IMG/VR virus record: IMGVR_UViG_3300028588_000082
Coordinates: 1-24,411 of that record
DNA: 24,411 nt
Reading direction: 5' to 3' (one strand)
From: a virus
Lineage: Duplodnaviria > Caudoviricetes
The notes below the pieces were generated by a model, which saw only the letters and a program-made list of their open reading frames with translations, was not told the DNA's origin and ran no database searches. Positions 15,681 to 23,860 of this stretch are shown one piece after another; positions within the stretch are counted from its first letter, which is position 1; the number at the start of each line of letters is the position of its first letter. The position numbers and the translations under genes are program-made.

Positions 15681-16526
15681 ATGACATTTAATAGCTCACC
15701 TGTAGGGGAGCAGCAGCTCGCCCTCGTGCCGCACACTTACCAAGGTTCGCTGATCCAGCAGCGGGCTGCGGACGGCTACATCAACGCCACGGCTATGTGC
15801 AAAGCTGCCGGAAAACTCTGGGCCGACTATAACCGGCTCGCAGCAACCCAAGCGTTCTTGGCGGCACTGTCGAGCGATATGGGGATCCCCATATCGGAAA
15901 TAGTGCAGTCCATTCGGGGCGGCGATACCGCGCTGCAGGGAACTTGGGTGAACCCTCAAGTGGCCGTGCATTTGGCGCAGTGGCTTTCCCCCGAGTTCGC
16001 AGTGAAAGTTAGCCAATGGATCGTTGAGTGGATGTCGGGCAAGCGCCCGTCAGATCGGGTGTGGCGCCAGTTCGAAGACCGCGTGTCACTCGTGTACGAC
16101 AACGTGCCTGTGGGCTACTTCTGCGTTTTCCAGCAAATCGCCGATTTGTTCGCGTCGATGATCAGCAACGGCGCTGACTTCGGCACAAAGATGATCTTAG
16201 ATGGAAGCGTCGGCTGCTGCTGGGGCCCACATTGGACGAAGACGAATCTGGAAGCGCAGTTCGGCCCCCGAATGAAGTTCGACCACCACTATCCAAGCTA
16301 CTTCCCGCAGGCTTGGTCGAACCCGCAGGACGCGTGGTGCTATCCGGAAGACGCGCTTCCCACGTTCAGACGCTGGCTGCGCGATTTCTACATCCCTCAG
16401 AAGATGCCGGCGTACCTAAAGAACATGGTCAGCCAGAAGAAGCTGGCAGCTCCGATCGCTAACAACACGCTGGCGGCTCTCGCAGCCCGCGAGGCTGGGC
16501 GCGCTCTTGCCCGTCCCGGCAAGTAA
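15681..16526 (+). CDS. KilA-N domain protein with BstA-like C-terminal domain (putative abortive-infection protein)
   Basis: KilA-N: DGYINATAMCK, QGTWV.P.VA.HLAQWLSPEFAV.V. C-terminus W.QF.DRVSL...VP.GYF.VF...D.SVG..W...YP.YFPQA.SNPQ..W.YP..AL..FRRW resembles BstA as I recall it. Confidence 0.8.
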   Translation: MTFNSSPVGEQQLALVPHTYQGSLIQQRAADGYINATAMCKAAGKLWADYNRLAATQAFLAALSSDMGIPISEIVQSIRGGDTALQGTWVNPQVAVHLAQWLSPEFAVKVSQWIVEWMSGKRPSDRVWRQFEDRVSLVYDNVPVGYFCVFQQIADLFASMISNGADFGTKMILDGSVGCCWGPHWTKTNLEAQFGPRMKFDHHYPSYFPQAWSNPQDAWCYPEDALPTFRRWLRDFYIPQKMPAYLKNMVSQKKLAAPIANNTLAALAAREAGRALARPGK

Positions 16527-16534
16527 GGAGTTCG

Positions 16535-16681
16535 ATGATGCCGAAGAAGCAGACCACTCCGTCCGTATCGTCGCTCGCATCGCGGGTGCTTAGTGGGTCC
16601 AAAAAGGCGACCGCTGCCGAGACTAAGAGGCTCGCCGCATCAGTTCTGTCGCAGGACGAAAAGCGAGGAAATCGAAAGTAG
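16535..16681 (+). CDS. Small basic 48-aa protein, not in ORF track
   Basis: AAGGAG SD overlapping the upstream stop; MMPKKQTTPSVSSLASRVLSGSKKATAAETKRLAASVLSQDEKRGNRK. Confidence 0.75.
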   Translation: MMPKKQTTPSVSSLASRVLSGSKKATAAETKRLAASVLSQDEKRGNRK

Positions 16682-16692
16682 CTGCGCAAGGG

Positions 16693-16723
16693 AGCCGGGT
16701 TGCGCTTTGGCTGCAACCCGGCT
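16693..16723. terminator. 11-bp perfect hairpin after the two-gene unit
   Basis: AGCCGGGTTGC / GCAACCCGGCT; no canonical U-tract. Confidence 0.5.
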
Positions 16724-16801
16724 GGCAAAACGTTGTCTTCGGAGGGAAGAGTATAGCGCTGGAAACGGCGGAACCATGCTAACCGCATATTAAATGCACG
16801 A

Positions 16802-16827
16802 GAACGCGCAGAGAACAAACCGGGAAT
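16802..16827 (+). promoter_or_regulatory. Tandem LexA-type box GAAC-N7-GAAC-N7-GAAT abutting ATG 16828
   Basis: GAAC gcgcaga GAAC aaaccgg GAAT ATG. Confidence 0.7.
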
Positions 16828-16958
16828 ATGGGCAAGTTGCACCGGAGTTGCACCGGAGCGATTGGGAGCGCGTCCGCGCGCGGCTGGAGCAGTCCGAGTC
16901 CGACAGCGGCATCTTCGACGCGCTGTACGACGCAGAGCGCGTCTGGTTGCGCCAATGA
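16828..16958 (+). pseudogene. Small SOS-boxed gene frameshifted by an 11-bp tandem duplication
   Basis: AGTTGCACCGG twice (16835-16856); removing one copy gives MGKLHRSDWERVRARLEQSESDSGIFDALYDAERVWLRQ*. Confidence 0.5.
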
Positions 16959-17108
16959 GGATCATGCTCGCGGACCGGCGGTAGGCGATCTGATGACGCC
17001 CGGCCGGGAGTTCGCAGCTCCCGCCTTCACTTCGGCAGCGCGCGGTGCTCGCGCAGATCGGTTGCCTCAGACCGGCTGCCAGGCTTAGGCTGCCACAGGG
17101 GAGAGAGT

Positions 17109-17330
17109 ATGGCTGAACACGTCGATCGCGAAGAATGGGGAGCTCTTCGGTTGCTCAACCGCGAGTGCGGCCTAGCGCCTGACCCCGTCATGGTTGATCA
17201 CCTGCAAAGCCGCGGTCTCGTCAATACACGACTAGAGGTGACGGAAGCAGGGCGTGCATCCTTGGACGAATACGCAGGCGCTTACCCGGAGCGGCCGATG
17301 CGACGAAAGTTCTTCGGGAGAGGGTTCTGA
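17109..17330 (+). CDS. Hypothetical protein, winged-helix-like
   Basis: GGGGAG SD; L.SRGLV....EVTEAGR pattern; coupled to the next gene. Confidence 0.6.
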   Translation: MAEHVDREEWGALRLLNRECGLAPDPVMVDHLQSRGLVNTRLEVTEAGRASLDEYAGAYPERPMRRKFFGRGF

Positions 17331-17665
17331 TGACGCCTATCGCCCGCGCCGTCGCAGCCCTCATCGGGGACCTGCATAGGCAGGAGGAGGCGTCCGGTTG
17401 TGTTGCAGAGGACAACGGCTCGTTGGCTCAGGTCGATGGCAGCTTCAAGGTTGAGCCTCTCGTGCGCGCAGTCATACTGGCAATGCGCGAGCCAAGCGCC
17501 ATAATGTCCGAGGCTGGCGGCTTACAGCCCGGGTTAGAGGGTCATCACGTGACGCCACAAATCGCCACATGGATCTGGGAGCGGATGGTGGACGTTTTGC
17601 TGGCTGAGCCGGCTGCAGCGAAAGGCTTGGGCGATTGGATCGACGGCGGCGATCAGAACGGATGA
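17330..17665 (+). CDS. Hypothetical phage-type protein
   Basis: TGATG coupling; RAVI.AMREPS..M.EAG motif. Confidence 0.65.
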   Translation: MTPIARAVAALIGDLHRQEEASGCVAEDNGSLAQVDGSFKVEPLVRAVILAMREPSAIMSEAGGLQPGLEGHHVTPQIATWIWERMVDVLLAEPAAAKGLGDWIDGGDQNG

Positions 17666-17853
17666 AGCCGGAGCAAGAGCGCTTGGCCGAAGCGATCGCT
17701 GTCGAGCGCGTGCATGGCGACCACGCGAACGAACACGTCAATGAACGCGTGAATGCGCTCGCTGAGGCCGGCGACATGGCCGGGATGAAGCGCTGGACGG
17801 AGATTGGCGAATGGCTCGAGCGGCTCCGTCGCCCGGGCGGGCCAGCGAACTAG
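17662..17853 (+). CDS. Small hypothetical protein (DUF6961-like)
   Basis: ATGA overlap; A.AVER.HG..A..HV.ER..AL..AGD.AG..RW..I pattern. Confidence 0.7.
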   Translation: MKPEQERLAEAIAVERVHGDHANEHVNERVNALAEAGDMAGMKRWTEIGEWLERLRRPGGPAN

Positions 17854-17954
17854 CACGCGACCAGGTGGGAATCACCGCTAGAGCCCGTTCTCTGCCGTAC
17901 ATCGCTAAAGAGTTGGGCCGCTCAAGCATGTTGCAGGTCCATTGCGTGTTCGAG

Positions 17955-18194
17955 CTACACGATGATTTCTAGCGCATCCGTGAACGGCACCGTGGCAACA
18001 GGCACGCCGACGTCATTGATGATCTCTATTCGACAATCGAGGCAGAGACGGCCGGACTTGACTTCGTCGGCCATCACTGCCCGGGCGGCGAGGATGGCCT
18101 CCGCTAAGGCTGCCTCGGAACCCGAAAGGGTGTGGCCCTCCTCATCGAGTGTGCATGTGTTTCGCTCGTACAGATGAAAGTAGAAGCGATGCAT
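17955..18194 (-). CDS. DUF6894-like small protein
   Basis: M.RFYFHL......DEEG...AL.EA..AAR pattern. Confidence 0.75.
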   Translation of the reverse strand: MHRFYFHLYERNTCTLDEEGHTLSGSEAALAEAILAARAVMADEVKSGRLCLDCRIEIINDVGVPVATVPFTDALEIIV

Positions 18195-18303
18195 CGAGCT
18201 AGAGCGCAGCGCCACTCCACCCGTTGCAGATATTATCATAAGTTACGAGGATTCTACCCGCTCCGCCACCTGAGAACAGCCAGCTCGAACGCTACTCCCT
18301 TTG

Positions 18304-19038
18304 TCACGCTGCCGCCACGTGGAGATAAGCAGGGTCGAAGTCGGCGACCTGCTGCATGCGTTGCCAGTCGACAATCCGGAAGTGGCGCACTTTGCGCTCA
18401 ATCACCCCGTCCTGCTCCATTACTTGGAGCGTCCTATTGACGTGGACAGAGGTGAGGCCGGTTGCGTCGGCAATGTCATGTTGTGTCATCGGCAGCTCAA
18501 ACTGCTGCGGGCTGCCCAGCCCGGCTGCTTCCATCCGCGTTACGAACTCGCATAACATGTGGGCGATCCGCGTCTTGGAGTCTCGCCGGCCCACATTCAG
18601 CACCCACTCTCGAAAGATCGATCCATCGATCAATGTGTCACGCCACAACGCGTGGTTGATACTGGAGTGCGCGGTGAGAACCTCGCGAATTGCTCCCGCC
18701 GGGACCCAGGCTACGGAAGCATCGGTAATAGCCATCGCGCTGTGATCCGCCCGTTCGAGCAGCAGATGCTGTGCGTCCAGTACGTCACCAGCCATGTGGA
18801 AGGACACGATCTGCCGTTCACCCTCACTAGTGACCTTATAGCGGCACGTAAAACCGCGGAGCAGCACGCAACAGTCCGTCGGGCGGTCGCCTTCACGCAC
18901 CAGGATATGCTTTTTGAGAACGCGGGCGACCCTGAAGGGCAGGGCGCGTACCGCCGCTGTGGCAGCTTCATCAAGGTCAGCCAACCTGCCCAGCTTTCCG
19001 ATCAACAGCTCTAAAGGATTGACTTGATTTGCCAGCAT
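18304..19038 (-). CDS. Crp/Fnr family transcriptional regulator
   Basis: cNMP-fold region (REGD, GERQIVSFH.AGD) and C-terminal HTH LPMTQHDIADATGLTSVHVNRTLQ. Confidence 0.93.
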   Translation of the reverse strand: MLANQVNPLELLIGKLGRLADLDEAATAAVRALPFRVARVLKKHILVREGDRPTDCCVLLRGFTCRYKVTSEGERQIVSFHMAGDVLDAQHLLLERADHSAMAITDASVAWVPAGAIREVLTAHSSINHALWRDTLIDGSIFREWVLNVGRRDSKTRIAHMLCEFVTRMEAAGLGSPQQFELPMTQHDIADATGLTSVHVNRTLQVMEQDGVIERKVRHFRIVDWQRMQQVADFDPAYLHVAAA

Positions 19039-19253
19039 TGAGCCCCCCCCTCCAGATATGCCTCAGCAGCAGAGCGCGAGCCGGCACGGACAATTAATAT
19101 ATGTTATTTTCTCTTCGGGGGGGTAGTGCTTTTGGTCTTAGTAAGGCAATGATCTATGTTGCAAAACGCCTGTTCTGCCGCATCGTAATCCGATTAATTT
19201 GCGGATCCACCAGCCGGGAATTCGTCGTAATCCCGCCCAACGTGGAACGCACC

Positions 19254-19397
19254 ATGTCCGAAGCCAAACTCCGTGAGCTGCTCCGCCGTGCTGATGAAGC
19301 TAAGACGAAAGCTGAGGCGACGTTGGAGCGCACACGACAGCGTTTGAAGGAGGCCGCAGAACGGTCAAGGGGTGGCGCCGGAAGGCTTCGTTCTTGA
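19254..19397 (+). CDS. Small coiled-coil protein, 47 aa
   Basis: MSEAKLRELLRRADEAK...; amphipathic; divergent from the Crp/Fnr gene. Confidence 0.45.
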   Translation: MSEAKLRELLRRADEAKTKAEATLERTRQRLKEAAERSRGGAGRLRS

Positions 19398-19445
19398 GGC
19401 TCGAGCAATACCTGGAGCATAGGGGGTCGGGAGTCGCCTAACCGC

Positions 19446-19661
19446 TCATTGCCCCGACGATGGTGCTAGCATAGCGGCAACGGCGGTTTTGCTCTCCGCG
19501 TGGGCCTGCCGTCGACCAACGCCTTCTGCTCGCTCGGCCATACGCTCCCAATTCTCAGCCGCGTGAATGCAACGAGCGCGAACATTCACCAGTGTTGCGG
19601 CTTCGGCGGCGGCGCGCTGCTCACGCGCTCGATCACGACAAAATTCAGGACTATCAGCCAT
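19446..19661 (-). CDS. Small hypothetical helical protein
   Basis: GGAGG SD; A..A.L.NVR.R...AA..W..MA.RAE pattern. Confidence 0.65.
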   Translation of the reverse strand: MADSPEFCRDRAREQRAAAEAATLVNVRARCIHAAENWERMAERAEGVGRRQAHAESKTAVAAMLAPSSGQ

Positions 19662-19754
19662 TCACCCCTCCAACGGTTGGGCGAACGCGTTTCGCATGAA
19701 AACGTTGCGGGCATCGCGTAGAGAAGTCGCCGAAGGGGCGAGTGGAGAGACTCG

Positions 19755-19946
19755 ATGACTAACGAAGCGGCAGGGACAGATCCAGCAACCGGCATCGTCG
19801 TCAACTATGAGGCGTACCTCGCACCCAGACTGCCGGCGATGGCAGATGACGAGTTGAAGGCAGCGCTGAACGACTTCATCGAGCATGGGCCGCGGGAGGC
19901 TGTGCGCGCCGTCAGCGCGGAGATGAATCGCCGGGGGTTGGGCTGA
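19755..19946 (+). CDS. Hypothetical 63-aa protein upstream of SRAP
   Basis: GGAG SD; ends 1 nt before the SRAP start. Confidence 0.6.
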   Translation: MTNEAAGTDPATGIVVNYEAYLAPRLPAMADDELKAALNDFIEHGPREAVRAVSAEMNRRGLG

Positions 19947-19947
19947 G

Positions 19948-20598
19948 ATGTGCAACCGAGCCCGCAACATCAAGGAAGCCCCAACGCTACGCACCGCGTT
20001 CGGCGCCGAATGGCTGGCCGACCGGCCAATGGACAATCGCTTCAATCCGGTCGAGCTTACACCCAAGAGCCGGGCGTGGGTGGTCCGCCAGGACGAGCGC
20101 GGGCGCGGCATCGACGTGATGAGCTGGGACGTGCTGGGCGGCCAGGGCAAGTGGCCGATGACCAACGTCCGCCAGCTCGGCCTGCCGCAATGGAGGCGGC
20201 TCGCCGCAAACCCTGAGAACCGCTGCTTGATCCCGCTCACTGAGTTCTGCGAGTGGACGCCGGAGCCGATCGACCTGAATGACGGCAAGAAGCCGGTGAA
20301 GGGCGAGATGTGGTTCGAGGTAATAGACCAGCCCCTGTTCGCCGTCGCCGGGTTCTGGCAGCCCACCGCGCAAGGCAACGGCTTCACCATGGTCACCTGC
20401 GACCCGAACGAACTGGTCGAGCCGATCCACCCCAAGGCGATGATCACCGTCCTGCATCAGGAGGATTGGGACCGGTGGCTCACGGCGAGCTACGACGAGA
20501 TCGTGCAGCTGCAGAAGCCATATCCGGCCGATCGCATGACGGTGCGCGGGCCGGTGTTTCCGACGCGCGAGAAGCAGCCACTGAAACTGCTCCTGTGA
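19948..20598 (+). CDS. SOS response-associated peptidase (SRAP/YedK family abasic-site protection protein)
   Basis: N-terminal MC, RCLIP..EF.EW, FAVAGFW and IHPKAM motifs. Confidence 0.92.
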   Translation: MCNRARNIKEAPTLRTAFGAEWLADRPMDNRFNPVELTPKSRAWVVRQDERGRGIDVMSWDVLGGQGKWPMTNVRQLGLPQWRRLAANPENRCLIPLTEFCEWTPEPIDLNDGKKPVKGEMWFEVIDQPLFAVAGFWQPTAQGNGFTMVTCDPNELVEPIHPKAMITVLHQEDWDRWLTASYDEIVQLQKPYPADRMTVRGPVFPTREKQPLKLLL

Positions 20599-20684
20599 GA
20601 AAGTGGGCGCGGCGGATCGAGTATGTTGTCGTCGGTCTGCTGGTTCTAGGGGCGGCCGTGTCGACTTGGGCGGCTTGGTTCTAG
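20595..20684 (+). CDS. 29-aa single-TM peptide coupled to SRAP
   Basis: GTGA overlap; MRKWARRIEYVVVGLLVLGAAVSTWAAWF. Confidence 0.45.
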   Translation: MRKWARRIEYVVVGLLVLGAAVSTWAAWF

Positions 20685-20920
20685 CGGCCGATCGGGCGAA
20701 TGGTTGCCCACCCCTTGCCCCCGCACCGGGAGCATTTCAGCCGAGCGCACACCTCTCGATAGGTCACGGCGCCGGGGCAGAGTCTCATAAGCTGACTGGC
20801 AATCGCGCGCGTCGAGTACCCGCAATGCCCAACCCCACGAGGGCAGCCGCATACGATCTCGACATGCGTGGCGTGGTCCAGAGCTTCGTCGAAAGGCTGA
20901 TCGATTCGGTTGCCGTGCAT
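20681..20920 (-). CDS. Zn-ribbon small protein, 79 aa
   Basis: C.C......C and RLKCSRCGGK; SOS box 12 nt upstream of its ATG. Confidence 0.7.
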   Translation of the reverse strand: MHGNRIDQPFDEALDHATHVEIVCGCPRGVGHCGYSTRAIASQLMRLCPGAVTYREVCARLKCSRCGGKGWATIRPIGR

Positions 20921-20932
20921 GCGCGTGACGTA

Positions 20933-20947
20933 GAACGGATGGGGAAC
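20933..20947 (-). promoter_or_regulatory. LexA box GTTC-N7-GTTC
   Basis: + strand reads GAAC ggatggg GAAC, a perfect consensus. Confidence 0.75.
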
Positions 20948-20973
20948 GTAGCGCCAGCCACCACGCCAGCGGA

Positions 20974-21333
20974 TTACGGGGGCGGACATCCCGCGCGGAC
21001 AACCCCGGTGCTGAACAACGCGGCGGTGCAGCGCCGCTCCAGCTTCACACCAGCCGCGCGGTTGTTTCCCCGCTCGACGGCGCCGGTCGCCTCGGCATAG
21101 CGTTCCACCAGCTCGCCCAGCCAGCCTTTGTCGATCGCCACCAGCTCGCCCGACGTGCGGCCGCTGAGCGGCGTCAGGCGCTCCACCCGCGTCAGCTCAG
21201 GGGATAGCTTCGGCAGCGTCGGCCGCTCGGTTCGCGCGATCGACGCCAGCGTTGAGGTTTTCGCGCAGCTGATCGACAGGAGCGGCAGGAACAGGAGCGC
21301 CAGCAGGCGCAGGCGGGACGGCGTCGAGAGCAT
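20974..21333 (-). CDS. o-spanin (Rz1-like lipoprotein)
   Basis: Starts inside the i-spanin gene in another frame; signal peptide LLALLFLPLLSIS-C lipobox. Confidence 0.8.
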   Translation of the reverse strand: MLSTPSRLRLLALLFLPLLSISCAKTSTLASIARTERPTLPKLSPELTRVERLTPLSGRTSGELVAIDKGWLGELVERYAEATGAVERGNNRAAGVKLERRCTAALFSTGVVRAGCPPP

Positions 21334-21595
21334 CGCGAAGATCCTTGATGGTGGCCTGAACGGCTTGGGTGGAGAGAGCGTCGGCGCGATCGACGCGGCG
21401 GCCGATCGAGTCCGCGACGGCGCTGGCGGCGCGTTCGTCCGCGCGGGCTTCGCCCACCCGCTCGGCATGCTGGCGCTCCACTTTCGTGGTCACCTTGGCC
21501 TCACCGGCCTCTTCGCCGCCGCGCCGAATGGCGAAGACAACGGCGACGATCGCCAGCACCACGACGGCGCCAATGATGATGCGGGCGCGCGTCAT
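21197..21595 (-). CDS. i-spanin (Rz-like)
   Basis: N-terminal TM plus Ala-rich coiled coil; ATGA overlap with the endolysin stop. Confidence 0.8.
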   Translation of the reverse strand: MTRARIIIGAVVVLAIVAVVFAIRRGGEEAGEAKVTTKVERQHAERVGEARADERAASAVADSIGRRVDRADALSTQAVQATIKDLRDALDAVPPAPAGAPVPAAPVDQLRENLNAGVDRANRAADAAEAIP

Positions 21596-22152
21596 GCCGG
21601 CAGCCCGGTCAGGCAGATCGCCCGCTCGCGTGCGCGGCGGTTCACCAGCCCCTGCACCACGCGGCCGCCCGCCATCCTGAACAGCGGGAAGCGCTCGCAT
21701 CCGGCCCGCCACTGCCCCGCGTTCCAGAGCTTGGCGATGCTCGACCCGCACACGCCGGCCGCACCGATATTGTACGACAGCGACACCGCCGCGATCACCT
21801 GATTGGTGCGGCCGCGCAACTTGGGGATGCAGCGGATGATCGGCTCGGCATGCGCGATCAGTTCCGCTTCCAGCATCTGGTTGCACTGCGCCGGGGTGAA
21901 GCTCTGCCCCATCTTCACGCCCTTGGTGATCCCGTCGCACGCGGTCGGCACGCTGACGATGTCGAGATAGGCCTTCAGATACTGCTTGCCCGCGACATGC
22001 TCGAAGGTGACGGACTGGTCAGCGCCGACCGTCGCTTTCACCGTGCGGCCGCTTTCTTCCTTCGGCACCAGCACGAACAGCGCGGCGGCGGCCGCCACCG
22101 AGCCGATCACGCCTACAAGCGTCTTTTTGGTTCGGGGCTTACCGGCCGTCAT
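21592..22152 (-). CDS. GH24 lysozyme, probable SAR endolysin (copy 2)
   Basis: Near-identical to 12296-12859. Confidence 0.92.
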   Translation of the reverse strand: MTAGKPRTKKTLVGVIGSVAAAAALFVLVPKEESGRTVKATVGADQSVTFEHVAGKQYLKAYLDIVSVPTACDGITKGVKMGQSFTPAQCNQMLEAELIAHAEPIIRCIPKLRGRTNQVIAAVSLSYNIGAAGVCGSSIAKLWNAGQWRAGCERFPLFRMAGGRVVQGLVNRRARERAICLTGLPA

Positions 22153-22657
22153 CGGATGCGCCCCCCTGCTTGCCCCAACGGAAGGCGATGTTGCCGTTCG
22201 GATAGTATACTGTGCCGCCGTCTGGCGTGATCACCGCCTCTCCTGTCCCTGGCTGCATCAACTCTTGCAGTCTGGACACTCCGCTGGCGAGGGCGCTGTC
22301 AGCTACTGCACGGGTGGTCTCTTCGGTAAACACGCGAGCGAGCGAGCTGCCCACATTGCCCCCGGTAATCTCTTCACCGCACCGAACGCGCCGGAGCCGA
22401 ACCTCCCTCTGCATCTTGGCCGCAGCCTTGGGCTGGGGCACCAGGCGTGCGAGCAGCGACAGCGCGAATAGCAGGAACGGCACGGCCTGCCCGACGGGCG
22501 CCGGCAGCAGCGCCTTCAGATCGTCGGGCAGCATGTTCCACACCTGCGTGAGGGAATCGGGGGCGAGCGTCGCCAGCCCCATGAGAAGGGTGCCGAGCGC
22601 GGACACGCGCACGGACCACAGGCGCCAGGCTTGGCGCCAGCCGTCGATCAGTTTCAC
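22139..22657 (-). CDS. Putative holin with 81-aa in-frame C-terminal extension
   Basis: First 83 aa nearly identical to 12037-12312; 172 aa versus 91 aa. Confidence 0.8.
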   Translation of the reverse strand: MKLIDGWRQAWRLWSVRVSALGTLLMGLATLAPDSLTQVWNMLPDDLKALLPAPVGQAVPFLLFALSLLARLVPQPKAAAKMQREVRLRRVRCGEEITGGNVGSSLARVFTEETTRAVADSALASGVSRLQELMQPGTGEAVITPDGGTVYYPNGNIAFRWGKQGGASDDGR

Positions 22658-22697
22658 CGATGTCTCCTGTTGATGCGCGGCTACCGGCCGCGTGCGG

Positions 22698-22952
22698 TTA
22701 ATGCCTCCGCAGCCAGCGGCGGCGTTGTCGGCAGAGTTTCTGGCTTTCCAACACCGCGTCGGCGTCGGCCGCGAGGCGTTCAAGATCGCGGGCAATGGGC
22801 GGAGGCGGGAATGCGGAGCGCAGCGCCGGCTCAATCACCGTCTCGACGGTTGCCTCCAGCCAGCGCCTGCGGGCAACGGCCTGTTCCGTCACAGACCAGA
22901 GCAGGGACAGCGCACCCAGGATCATCAGCACAAGGCCGCCGTCGATCGTCAT
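22698..22952 (-). CDS. Lysis-cassette membrane protein, 84 aa (copy 2)
   Basis: Homolog of 11742-11996. Confidence 0.7.
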   Translation of the reverse strand: MTIDGGLVLMILGALSLLWSVTEQAVARRRWLEATVETVIEPALRSAFPPPPIARDLERLAADADAVLESQKLCRQRRRWLRRH

Positions 22953-23215
22953 GGCGCCTTCCTCTCGGGCGGCACCAGCAGCTCCAGCTTCGTCTCGATC
23001 CGCGCGGTTCGATCCAGCAGCTTCTGCTGCATTTCCATCCGCTTGTCGGTGTCCTCGCGCGCGTCCTTCTCCAGCTGCTCGATGCGGCGCGTGTTGTCCT
23101 TCAGCTGGGAGATGTACTGGCCGCCTACCTGGAAGCCACCCGCCAGCACCACCGCAAGCGAGATCGCCGGCAGATAGTCGAGCCATCGTTGGCGTGGTGG
23201 CGTCGGTGTGGTCAC
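22949..23215 (-). CDS. Lysis-cassette membrane protein, 88 aa (copy 2)
   Basis: Homolog of 11479-11745. Confidence 0.75.
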   Translation of the reverse strand: MTTPTPPRQRWLDYLPAISLAVVLAGGFQVGGQYISQLKDNTRRIEQLEKDAREDTDKRMEMQQKLLDRTARIETKLELLVPPERKAP

Positions 23216-23265
23216 GCGTCACCGCCTTCCGCGACCGCCAAGGCCGCGAAGCTGCTGTCGTTCAT
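23212..23265 (-). CDS. 17-aa leader ORF (copy 2)
   Basis: MNDSSFAALAVAEGGDA*; GTGA overlap with 23215; AAAGG upstream. Confidence 0.6.
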   Translation of the reverse strand: MNDSSFAALAVAEGGDA

Positions 23266-23366
23266 GCGGTGTACCTTTCAGGTTGAGGGCCGTGCGGATC
23301 TTTACACAGGTGCGCAGATGATTTGCGCCTAGCGCCGCGCCAGTGGGCCGCGCCGAGCAACCAGCG

Positions 23367-23415
23367 TCATGAAGCTGCCTTCTTCACGCAACGATGCTGA
23401 AAGATGGCTGCGCTA
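23367..23415. promoter_or_regulatory. Conserved 49-nt non-coding element (copy 2)
   Basis: Reverse complement is 37/49 identical to 11328-11376. Confidence 0.6.
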
Positions 23416-23444
23416 GAACATGATGACCCGCAGGAGGATGCATC

Positions 23445-23573
23445 ATGCAGACGGCCATTCACGCGACGCTCGAAGACGAGAACAACTCGCCGATGCCCTA
23501 TGGAGGTGGCATCGCTTGGGCGCTTTTGACGACCATCGCCTGTTGGGGAGTGGCGATTTACCTGCTCGCTTGA
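23445..23573 (+). CDS. Small membrane protein A (copy 2), 42 aa, not in ORF track
   Basis: AGGAGG SD; MQTAIHATLEDENNSPMPYGGGIAWALLTTIACWGVAIYLLA. Confidence 0.8.
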   Translation: MQTAIHATLEDENNSPMPYGGGIAWALLTTIACWGVAIYLLA

Positions 23574-23695
23574 CCGCACCGGGTCGCGACGCCGCCGCGA
23601 AGTTCAGGCCCGCGAGAGCGCAATGATTGCGAAGGTATGCGGATCACGGCTGATCGGGTATGACGCAACCTGCTCAAACAGGGGGCGGCGAGCCT

Positions 23696-23842
23696 ATGGT
23701 CCTATACCTGGTAGTCTTGGCTGCGGCTTTTGCTAGCATCGCTGGCCTGTTCCTCTGGCTTGATCGGCCCAAGGGCCATAGATCGCGTGGTCGAAGAACG
23801 AAGCATGACATGACTAGGTCGCCGACCAAGACGGGCGAGTGA
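23696..23842 (+). CDS. Small membrane protein B (copy 2; alternative start 23660)
   Basis: TM ending LFLWLDR plus a basic tail. Confidence 0.7.
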   Translation: MVLYLVVLAAAFASIAGLFLWLDRPKGHRSRGRRTKHDMTRSPTKTGE

Positions 23843-23860
23843 AGCTGCTCTGGCTGCATG

